A stretch of 22,850 nucleotides of DNA from Planctomycetales bacterium (GTDB lineage Bacteria; Planctomycetota; Planctomycetia; Planctomycetales; Planctomycetaceae), in the NCBI GenBank assembly GCA_016235885.1, contig JACRIH010000533.1:1-22850 (forward strand), written 5' to 3'. Below the pieces are notes generated by a model, which did not search any database, was not told the DNA's origin, and saw only the letters and a list, made by a program, of their open reading frames with translations. The first letter of the stretch is position 1, and every line of letters begins with the position of its first letter. The position numbers and the translations under genes are program-made. Below are positions 1 to 5,001 of this stretch, in pieces.

Positions 1-46
1 CCTGCCTTTGAAGCAGTGAATGGAGGTTCGATTCCTTCTCCCCGAA
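1..46 (+). tRNA. tRNA-Gln (anticodon TTG), 5' end cut by the window edge
   Basis: Anticodon stem-loop ctgc-CTTTGAA-gcag with U33. T-arm GGAGG-TTCGATT-CCTTC. Acceptor 3' strand tctccccga. No encoded CCA. Confidence 0.7.
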
Positions 47-91
47 CTTGCGAACTTGCGACTGGCAGCGTGTGTCAAATGTCGCGAACAC

Positions 92-166
92 TCCGGGGCG
101 GTTGCTGCTGGTAGCAACGTCTGGCTCTGAACCAGAAGGTCGTTGGTTCGATTCCAACCCCCGGAA
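92..166 (+). tRNA. tRNA-Gln (anticodon CTG)
   Basis: Acceptor tccgggg/ccccgga is fully complementary. Anticodon arm tctgg-CTCTGAA-ccaga. T-arm GTTGG-TTCGATT-CCAAC. Length 75 nt. Confidence 0.8.
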
Positions 167-170
167 TTGA

Positions 171-243
171 AGGCAGAAGGATGAAATCGCTCGTGACCCC
201 AACCACTCGCCAAACGTTCATCCTTCATCCTTCTGCCTTTTTT
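171..243 (+). terminator. Inter-tRNA hairpin followed by a T5 run (terminator-like or processing element)
   Basis: 15-bp perfect inverted repeat aggcagaaggatgaa / ttcatccttctgcct (171-185 and 224-238) with a 38-nt loop. Followed by ttttt immediately before tRNA-Ser. Confidence 0.35.
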
Positions 244-329
244 GGAAGTCATCCGGCCGGATGAGGGACCTGTCCCGAAAACAGGTGGCGAGTTGAACTC
301 GCTTGTGGGTTCGAGTCCCACGGCTTCCG
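244..329 (+). tRNA. tRNA-Ser (anticodon CGA), class II with long variable arm
   Basis: Acceptor ggaagtc/ggcttcc. Anticodon arm cctgt-CCCGAAA-acagg. Variable-arm hairpin gcgag-ttgaa-ctcgc. T-arm GTGGG-TTCGAGT-CCCAC. Position 33 reads as C, which is atypical. Confidence 0.65.
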
Positions 330-519
330 CTGAACAAGGGCTCATGGTCCAACAGCAAGACGTCGGTCCTGCAAACCGGAGATTCGGGTGCAACTCACGG
401 TGGGTCCATTTTGAAGAGTTGAAGAGTGAAGGGCGAAGGGTGGAGGGCGAAAACAAAGTTGGGCAACCACGTCGTGGTACGCTTCGTGTTTTTCATTCTT
501 CTCACTTCACTCTTCATCC

Positions 520-591
520 GGTCCCGTGGTCCAGCGGCGACGACTTCTGGCCTACACCCAGACAACGATGGTTCGAGTCCATCCGGGATCA
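520..591 (+). tRNA. tRNA-Val (anticodon TAC)
   Basis: Acceptor ggtcccg/cgggatc (one G-U pair). Anticodon arm tctgg-CCTACAC-ccaga. T-arm GATGG-TTCGAGT-CCATC. 3-bp D-stem; C at position 33. Confidence 0.65.
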
Positions 592-599
592 TATTGATT

Positions 600-673
600 G
601 TCCTCGCGGAGCAGCTCGGAATGCTCGCCACCCTGTCACGGTGGAGACGTGGGTTCAAATCCCATCGAGGACG
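600..673 (+). tRNA. tRNA-Asp (anticodon GTC)
   Basis: Acceptor gtcctcg/cgaggac. D-stem gagc/gctc. Anticodon arm ccacc-CTGTCAC-ggtgg. T-arm GTGGG-TTCAAAT-CCCAT. Confidence 0.8.
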
Positions 674-696
674 TTTGGTGATGTGATATGTGATTC

Positions 697-778
697 GCGT
701 CGGCTGGGCATCGGCGTGCCCAAGTGGCCGTAACCCACCCGCCTTCGGGCAATGCAGGTTCGACTCCTGCTCGACGCA
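697..778 (+). tRNA. tRNA-Tyr (anticodon GTA), long variable arm
   Basis: Acceptor gcgtcgg/tcgacgc. D-stem gggc/gccc. Anticodon loop CCGTAAC. Variable arm gcc-ttcg-ggc. T-arm GCAGG-TTCGACT-CCTGC. Confidence 0.65.
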
Positions 779-785
779 TTGTTTC

Positions 786-858
786 GGCCCGTTCGTCTAT
801 TGGTACAGGACGCCAGCTTCTCACGCTGGCAAGGCGAGTTCGATTCTCGCACGGGTCA
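786..858 (+). tRNA. tRNA-Glu (anticodon CTC)
   Basis: Acceptor ggcccgt/acgggtc. D-arm gtctattggtacaggac resembles canonical tRNA-Glu. Anticodon arm ccagc-TTCTCAC-gctgg. T-arm GGCGAG-TTCGATT-CTCGC. Confidence 0.8.
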
Positions 859-938
859 TCTACGAGTATTTGTGTAGCCCCTGCCCTCGTGGCCGGCACA
901 AGGCCGGCGGCTACGACGGCCAGATTGATGGAAGATTC

Positions 939-1021
939 GACCGAGTGGTGAAATTGGTAGACACGCGACGCTCAGAACGTCGAGCCGTCAAGGCATGGGA
1001 GTTCGAGTCTCCCCTTGGTCA
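939..1021 (+). tRNA. tRNA-Leu (anticodon CAG), class II
   Basis: Acceptor gaccgag/cttggtc. D-arm tggtgaaattggtagacac is typical of tRNA-Leu. Anticodon arm cgacg-CTCAGAA-cgtcg. Variable-arm stem gcc/ggc. T-arm GGGAG-TTCGAGT-CTCCC. Confidence 0.85.
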
Positions 1022-1106
1022 TCGTTATCGACGCAGGTGAGCCAGTGCTCAGCCGAGGCTCATAACCTCAGCCCGCCGGGTGCGACCCCCGGACCTGCCA
1101 CTTGCC

Positions 1107-1176
1107 GTAGGTCAGGCTTTCCAGCCTGACTCGTTGGGCTGTCAACACACAGGTCAGGCTGGAAAGCCTGACCTAC
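1107..1176. repeat. Nested-palindrome (BIME-like) element between tRNA-Leu and tRNA-Ser
   Basis: 24-bp arms gtaggtcaggctttccagcctgac / gtcaggctggaaagcctgacctac are exact reverse complements with a 22-nt spacer. Each arm also contains its own 8-bp palindrome gtcaggct..agcctgac. Confidence 0.6.
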
Positions 1177-1190
1177 GACAAGATCCTCTC

Positions 1191-1276
1191 GGAAGGTAGC
1201 CGGATACGGTTGGCCGGGCCGCACTGCTAACGCGGCTCTCGTCACTGAGATGAGGGTTCGAATCCCTTGCCTTCCG
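1191..1276 (+). tRNA. tRNA-Ser (anticodon GCT), class II
   Basis: Acceptor ggaaggt/gccttcc (one G-U). D-stem ccgg/ccgg. Anticodon loop CTGCTAA. Variable-arm stem tctc/gaga. T-arm GAGGG-TTCGAAT-CCCTT. Confidence 0.75.
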
Positions 1277-1380
1277 CTGAATGTTTGTTTCGTGACATGG
1301 TGTTCGTGGTGTACCGGTGTGCATGCGACTCTGTGAAAGTCGAGGCGGTGGGTTCAACTCCCCTCGAACACCCTGCTGTG

Positions 1381-1490
1381 AATGATGAATTTCGAATGAC
1401 GAATGACGAACCGGCACCGATGCCGTTCGAGCATTCGACATTCGTCATTCTTTCGTCATTCGGATTTCGTCCTTCGTCATTCCCCCACAG
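1381..1490. repeat. Inverted blocks of tandem decamers GAATGACGAA ... TTCGTCATTC (copy 1)
   Basis: Left block gaatgacgaatgacgaa; right block ttcgtcattctttcgtcattc...ttcgtcattc, in opposed orientation. Lies immediately upstream of the HNH gene start. Confidence 0.7.
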
Positions 1491-1497
1491 GTGCATC

Positions 1498-2091
1498 ATG
1501 TCGGCGGTTCTTACTCGACCAACGCTCGTGCTCAACCGGAACTGGCAACCGGTGGGTGTGGCCTCGGTGTCGCGCTCGCTGATCCTGTTGTGGAACGACA
1601 ACGCGCGCGTGGTCGATCCGGCGGACTTCCGGCTGTACACGTGGAGCGATTGGTCGCGAATGATTCCGCTCGCGGATGAACCGTTCATCCAGGCGGTTCG
1701 GTCGCGGCTGCGGGTGCCGGAAGTGATTTCGCTGACGAACTTCGACCGCGTTCCGATGAACGGGGTGACGTTCAGCCGGCGGAACATTTATCGGCGTGAC
1801 CGTTACACGTGTCAGTACTGCGGTTCGCAGCCGGGGAGCGAAGAACTGACGATCGATCACGTCCTGCCGCGGGCGCAGGGGGGAACTTCGATGTGGGAGA
1901 ACTGTGTTCTCGCATGCGTCGCTTGCAACAAGCGCAAGGCCGACCGCACGCCCGAACAGGCGCACATGCCGCTGCACAAGCGGCCGGTTCGTCCCTCATG
2001 GAAGCCGCACTACGCCACGCGCGGAGTCCGGATCGACAGTTGGTCCCGCTTCCTCAGTGAAGCGTATTGGAATGTGGAACTGAATGCGTAG
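1498..2091 (+). CDS. HNH endonuclease (COG1403 / McrA-like), 197 aa
   Basis: Translation starts MSAVLTRPTLVLNRNWQPV, the N-terminal motif typical of this family. C-terminal motif CQYCGS...LTIDHVLPRAQGG...WENCVLACVACNKRK has the C-X2-C...DH...N...C-X2-C arrangement. AGGTG lies 7 nt upstream of the ATG. The long ORF in the track begins inside the repeat/tRNA region and was trimmed. Confidence 0.85.
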   Translation: MSAVLTRPTLVLNRNWQPVGVASVSRSLILLWNDNARVVDPADFRLYTWSDWSRMIPLADEPFIQAVRSRLRVPEVISLTNFDRVPMNGVTFSRRNIYRRDRYTCQYCGSQPGSEELTIDHVLPRAQGGTSMWENCVLACVACNKRKADRTPEQAHMPLHKRPVRPSWKPHYATRGVRIDSWSRFLSEAYWNVELNA

Positions 2092-2109
2092 CGGAAAGCT
2101 TTCAGCAAT

Positions 2110-2171
2110 CAGCGGTCAGCGATCAGCCAATCGGTTGAGGCTGACTGTTGAAAGCTGATCGCTGACCGCTG
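2110..2171 (+). terminator. Long hairpin downstream of the HNH gene
   Basis: 18-bp perfect inverted repeat cagcggtcagcgatcagc / gctgatcgctgaccgctg around a 26-nt loop. There is no clear U-tract, so function as a terminator is uncertain. Confidence 0.35.
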
Positions 2172-2175
2172 CCAC

Positions 2176-2245
2176 ACGAGTGTGCTCCTGGGAGAGCCAG
2201 TGGTCTCCAAAGCCGCTTCATGAGGTTCGAATCCTCACACTCGTG
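2176..2245 (+). other. Degenerate tRNA-like element (possible tRNA pseudogene or integration-site remnant)
   Basis: Perfect acceptor pairing acgagtg/cactcgt and canonical T-arm TGAGG-TTCGAAT-CCTCA. No canonical anticodon arm can be folded, and the element is only 70 nt long. Confidence 0.4.
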
Positions 2246-2248
2246 CTG

Positions 2249-2296
2249 TTGGAGTCCCGGCTTCAGCCGGTCTGCCGCCTGAAGGCGGGACTCCAA
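2249..2296 (+). other. Compact three-way-junction structure following the tRNA-like element
   Basis: Outer stem ttggagtc/gactccaa encloses two hairpins, ccggc-ttca-gccgg and ccgcc-tgaa-ggcgg. Confidence 0.35.
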
Positions 2297-2299
2297 CCT

Positions 2300-2373
2300 G
2301 CCGACGTGGCTCGACTGAGAAAGGCATCTGTCCCGTAAACAGACTCATGCTGGTGCGAATCCAGTCGTCGGCT
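2300..2373 (+). tRNA. tRNA-Thr-like (anticodon CGT), non-canonical D-arm
   Basis: Perfect acceptor gccgacg/cgtcggc. Anticodon arm tctgt-CCCGTAA-acaga. T-arm GCTGG-TGCGAAT-CCAGT (G at position 54). D-arm cannot be folded canonically and position 33 is C. Confidence 0.5.
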
Positions 2374-2394
2374 CTTGGTTCAAAGTTTGTTTTG

Positions 2395-2512
2395 GGAGTG
2401 CTCCGGCTTGACGGAGCTTTGGAATTTTTTGCGAAGCACTTTCGCCATCCTATAGAAACGGAAAGAAAGTCGCTCCGCGACAATTCCAAAGCTCCGTCAA
2501 GCCGGAGCACTC
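2395..2512. repeat. MITE-like palindromic element with 32-bp perfect terminal inverted repeats
   Basis: ggagtgctccggcttgacggagctttggaatt (2395-2426) is the exact reverse complement of 2481-2512. Interior carries hairpins gcgaa..ttcgc and GTCGCTCCGCGAC. This element generates the mirror-image ORFs 2347..2598 (+) and 2235..2672 (-). Confidence 0.75.
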
Positions 2513-2518
2513 CAAAGT

Positions 2519-2589
2519 TGCCCTGCGGGTGTGCCGGAAGCATGACAGACTTCGAATCTGTCGGACGAGGTTCGATTCCTCGGTGGGGT
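2519..2589 (+). tRNA. tRNA-Arg-like (anticodon TCG), weak acceptor stem
   Basis: Anticodon arm acaga-CTTCGAA-tctgt. T-arm CGAGG-TTCGATT-CCTCG. Acceptor gccctgc/gtggggt needs three G-U pairs and the D-arm is poor. Followed by tttttt. Confidence 0.45.
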
Positions 2590-2599
2590 GTTTTTTGAA

Positions 2600-2670
2600 C
2601 GTCCTCGGAGTGTGGTGGATGCATGCGACCGTGCGAAGGTCGAAGATCAGGTTCGACTCCTGACGGGGAC
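2600..2670 (+). tRNA. tRNA-Arg-like (anticodon reads GCG, unusual)
   Basis: Acceptor gtcctcg/cggggac. Anticodon arm cgacc-GTGCGAA-ggtcg. T-arm TCAGG-TTCGACT-CCTGA. D-arm has G-U pairs; anticodon GCG is not a standard bacterial Arg isoacceptor. Confidence 0.45.
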
Positions 2671-2719
2671 ATCCGTGTTCGATCCGTGTTTCATCCGTGG
2701 CAAAAAAACAATTCCTCCC

Positions 2720-2791
2720 GACGCTGTTGCCGGATGGTCCGGCCACTGTCTGCAAAGCAGTTCTTCGTGGGTTCGATTCCCACCGGCGTCT
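2720..2791 (+). tRNA. tRNA-Cys (anticodon GCA)
   Basis: Acceptor gacgctg/cggcgtc. D-stem gccg/cggc. Anticodon arm actgt-CTGCAAA-gcagt. T-arm GTGGG-TTCGATT-CCCAC. Confidence 0.8.
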
Positions 2792-2801
2792 TCAAGGAAA
2801 A

Positions 2802-2842
2802 GTAGGGTGGGACCAGCTCGCGAAGCGAGTGCAGGCCCACCA
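2802..2842. repeat. REP-like unit GTAGGGTGGGAC..GAAGCG..GGCCCACCA (single copy)
   Basis: Same motif order as the palindromic dimer at 8206-8290. Contains a ctcgc-gaa-gcgag hairpin. Confidence 0.55.
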
Positions 2843-2992
2843 TTGCCGAGATGATGATTCGTCATGACCAGACACGAGCAATTTCAAGCAAGGTTGACGC
2901 AGCCGGGCCAGCGGCGCATCAAGACCTGTCCTGTTCGCAGGCGGTTGTCCGAATGTGTTCCGCGAGTGGGTTCTAACGAAGGCTGTGTCGGC

Positions 2993-3065
2993 GAGTGGTT
3001 AGCTCAGTGGGTAGAGCACCAGACCGTGAATCTGGCTGTCACAGGTTCGACTCCTGTACCAACTG
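2993..3065 (+). tRNA. tRNA-His-like (anticodon GTG), imperfect acceptor stem
   Basis: Perfect D-arm agctcagtgggtagagc. Anticodon arm ccaga-CCGTGAA-tctgg. T-arm ACAGG-TTCGACT-CCTGT. The acceptor strands gagtggt/accaact have two adjacent mismatches. Confidence 0.5.
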
Positions 3066-3480
3066 CGGTGTGAAAAACCGCTCCAAAACGCGAAAGCGTT
3101 TACCAACCGGCCCGACGGTGGCGGGCGAATGATTGATCTGCGGATGCTTCGTTGATGTGCTCTCGTAATTGAGTGCTGCTCGACGTCGGCCGAAAGGCTG
3201 GCGGATGAGTCAGCGGATTGCGGGCCGTGCATCGCGAACATCGGCAACGTGACGGTTTGCTTTGCAGGGCGTGGATTCAGCCATCGCAAATTTCGGACAG
3301 ACGGTCGTGGATGCTGGTCGGACGCTCGCGTGACATTTGTCCGCGAGCGACAAAACCAGACGAAGCGACCGAACCTCCGCAGCTCGCGATGGCTCAAACG
3401 TCTCTCCGCATCCCGGCGCGGGATTAACAATCGTTTCGCCACCTGACGGCAATTCAACTTCCTCTCCACAGCGGGGGAGA

Positions 3481-3660
3481 GGACGGGAGTGGGGAATGAC
3501 GAATTCCGAATGACGAATGACGAATGAATGACAAAGCTCGAATGACGAACACGAGCCTTCACTTCGAGTTCACTGCCTGAATGCGTCACCGGCGAATTCG
3601 GCATTCGGCATTCGTCATTCGGAATTCATTCGTCATTCGTGCTTCCGCCATTCGTCATTC
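3481..3660. repeat. Inverted blocks of tandem decamers GAATGACGAA ... TTCGTCATTC (copy 2)
   Basis: Left block has four or more gaatgacgaa-like units; right block has cattcgtcattcg units in opposite orientation. Upstream of the SPFH gene. Creates the HSSFVI-repeat artefact in the minus-strand ORF 2999..3604. Confidence 0.7.
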
Positions 3661-3671
3661 CACACCGCCCC

Positions 3672-3707
3672 TCACCCCCGACCCCTCTCCCCCAAAGGGG
3701 AGAGGGG
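3672..3707. repeat. REP-like hairpin CCCTCACCCCCGACCCCTCTCCCCC-aaa-GGGGAGAGGGG (copy 1)
   Basis: Stem cccctctcccc / ggggagagggg. A near-identical copy lies at 19474-19509. Its 3' arm, ggagaggggagaag, sits directly before the SPFH ATG and acts as a Shine-Dalgarno sequence. Confidence 0.65.
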
Positions 3708-3712
3708 AGAAG

Positions 3713-4840
3713 ATGAAACGAAAGGACGCTCTCATGTACCCGATCAATGTCATCAAGGTCCGCGACTACGAAATGGGACTCCGGTTCCGAGACGGAGAAT
3801 TCCGCGGACTGTTCGCGCCGGGCCGGCACTGGCTGTTCGACCCGCTCCGCAAGGTGCGCGTGGCTGTCGTGTCGCAGCGCGATCCGTGGCTGGTTCACGA
3901 GAAGCTCGACCTGATCGTCAAGTCGGGTGCGCTGCGCGACCGCGCGGTCGTGCTCGATCTGAAGGATCATCAGCGGGCGCTGATCTGGATCGACGGTCGA
4001 TTCAGCCACGTGCTGCCGCCTGGTCTGTACGCGTACTGGAACTCGCTGCGCGACGTGTCGGTCGAAGTGATCGATGCGCGCGACGTTCGATTCCAGCACA
4101 AGGATCTGTCGGTGATCGCGCGGTCGCCGCTGGTGGATCGAGTTCTCGAATTCATCACGGTCGAAGCGGGTCACGCCGGCGTGCTGCTCCGGGATGGCGA
4201 CTTCGTGGAAACGCTGCCGCCAGGCCGGTACGCGTTTTGGAAGAACGTCGCGCAGAGCAAGCTGATCCCGGTGGATCAGCGCGAAGCGATGCTCGATGTG
4301 GCCGGTCAGGAAATCATGACGTCGGACAAGGTCACGCTGCGCCTCAACGCCATCGTGACGTTCCGTGTTGTCGATCCGCGCCGCGCCGTCAGCATTGTGG
4401 ATGACGCCCGTCAGGCACTGTACCGCGAGGCACAGCTCGCCCTGCGAGCCGTCATCGGCACGCGCGAACTCGACCTGTTCCTGACCGACAAGGACTCCGT
4501 CGCGAAGGACTTGGAAGAGATCGTCCGGCGTCGCGTGTCGGCGTTTGGTCTGGAAGTCGTTTCGATCGGTATCCGCGACGTGATCCTGCCGGGCGACATG
4601 AAGGATCTGATGAACAAGGTGACGGAAGCCAAGAAGGCAGCCGAAGCAAACCTGATCGCCCGTCGTGAGGAAACGGCGGCGATGCGCAGTCAGGCCAACA
4701 CGGCCAAGCTGCTGGAAGGCAACCCAATGCTAATGCGGCTGCGCGAACTGGAAGTTCTCGAAAAGGTCGCGGCATCGTCCAAGCTCAACGTCGTGCTGGG
4801 CGAAAAGGGGTTGGCCGATCGGATTGTCAACCTGTTGTGA
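3713..4840 (+). CDS. SPFH / band-7 (stomatin-prohibitin-like) domain protein with three N-terminal repeats, 375 aa
   Basis: C-terminal half (IVTFRVVDPRRAVSIVDDARQALYREAQLALRAVIGTRELD...) has the SPFH pattern. N-terminal half has three repeats of about 45 aa, each containing LPPGxYAxW. Start chosen at ATG 3713 after the GGAGAGGGGAG sequence; the longer track ORF begins inside the repeat array. Confidence 0.85.
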   Translation: MKRKDALMYPINVIKVRDYEMGLRFRDGEFRGLFAPGRHWLFDPLRKVRVAVVSQRDPWLVHEKLDLIVKSGALRDRAVVLDLKDHQRALIWIDGRFSHVLPPGLYAYWNSLRDVSVEVIDARDVRFQHKDLSVIARSPLVDRVLEFITVEAGHAGVLLRDGDFVETLPPGRYAFWKNVAQSKLIPVDQREAMLDVAGQEIMTSDKVTLRLNAIVTFRVVDPRRAVSIVDDARQALYREAQLALRAVIGTRELDLFLTDKDSVAKDLEEIVRRRVSAFGLEVVSIGIRDVILPGDMKDLMNKVTEAKKAAEANLIARREETAAMRSQANTAKLLEGNPMLMRLRELEVLEKVAASSKLNVVLGEKGLADRIVNLL

Positions 4841-4852
4841 TTTGTGAAACGA

Positions 4853-4888
4853 ACCCGGAGGCTGAGCAATCGGCCTCCGGGTTTTTCT
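4853..4888 (+). terminator. Rho-independent terminator of the SPFH gene
   Basis: Stem acccggaggc / gcctccgggt followed by TTTTTCT, 13 nt after the stop codon. Confidence 0.75.
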
Positions 4889-4897
4889 GTCGTGCAT

Positions 4898-4995
4898 GCG
4901 GCTACGTAGCCATCACGCTCCGCGTGATGAGCCGAATGGCCAATCGACGTCGCATCCCGATTCGGCTCGTCACGCGGAGCGTGACGGCTACGTTA
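4898..4995. repeat. Nested-palindrome element with CGCTCCGCG core (family copy A)
   Basis: Left arm ggctacgtagcc-ATCACGCTCCGCGTGAT-gagccgaat. Right arm attcggctc-GTCACGCGGAGCGTGAC-ggctacgt. The arms are imperfect reverse complements and each arm is itself palindromic. Confidence 0.65.
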
Positions 4996-5001
4996 AGTCC
5001 G

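Noticed and set aside
242-1040. Track ORFs 242..733, 426..686, 690..1040, 724..951 and 1267..1497
   Set aside because: They run straight through well-formed tRNA genes and decamer repeat arrays. They have no RBS or start context and give low-complexity translations. They are artefacts of the GC-rich tRNA array.
2176-2245. tmRNA or other long tRNA-like RNA for the element at 2176-2245
   Set aside because: The 5' acceptor strand is only about 60 nt upstream of the T-arm, leaving no room for a tag-peptide reading frame or pseudoknots. A degenerate tRNA or att remnant is more parsimonious.
2235-2672. Mirror-image ORFs 2235..2672 (-) and 2347..2598 (+) sharing the peptide LGVLRLDGALE
   Set aside because: Both arise from translating the two arms of the 32-bp perfect inverted repeat of the MITE-like element. 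They also overlap tRNA-like genes.
2999-3604. 201-aa minus-strand ORF with HSSFVIHSSFVIRNSSF repeats
   Set aside because: The repeated peptide is the translation of the TTCGTCATTC decamer array. The ORF also overlaps the His-like tRNA and is not a gene.
1381-3660. CRISPR array as an explanation for the decamer repeats
   Set aside because: The repeats are 10 nt, contiguous or irregularly spaced, without unique spacers of regular length, and occur as opposed inverted blocks. This is not CRISPR-like.
3581-3712. N-terminal extension of the SPFH ORF back to 3581
   Set aside because: The extension is encoded by the decamer repeat and the REP hairpin (translated FVIRNSFVIRASAIRHSTPPLTPDPSPPKGRGE). 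The ATG at 3713 has a strong SD and the conserved protein starts there.
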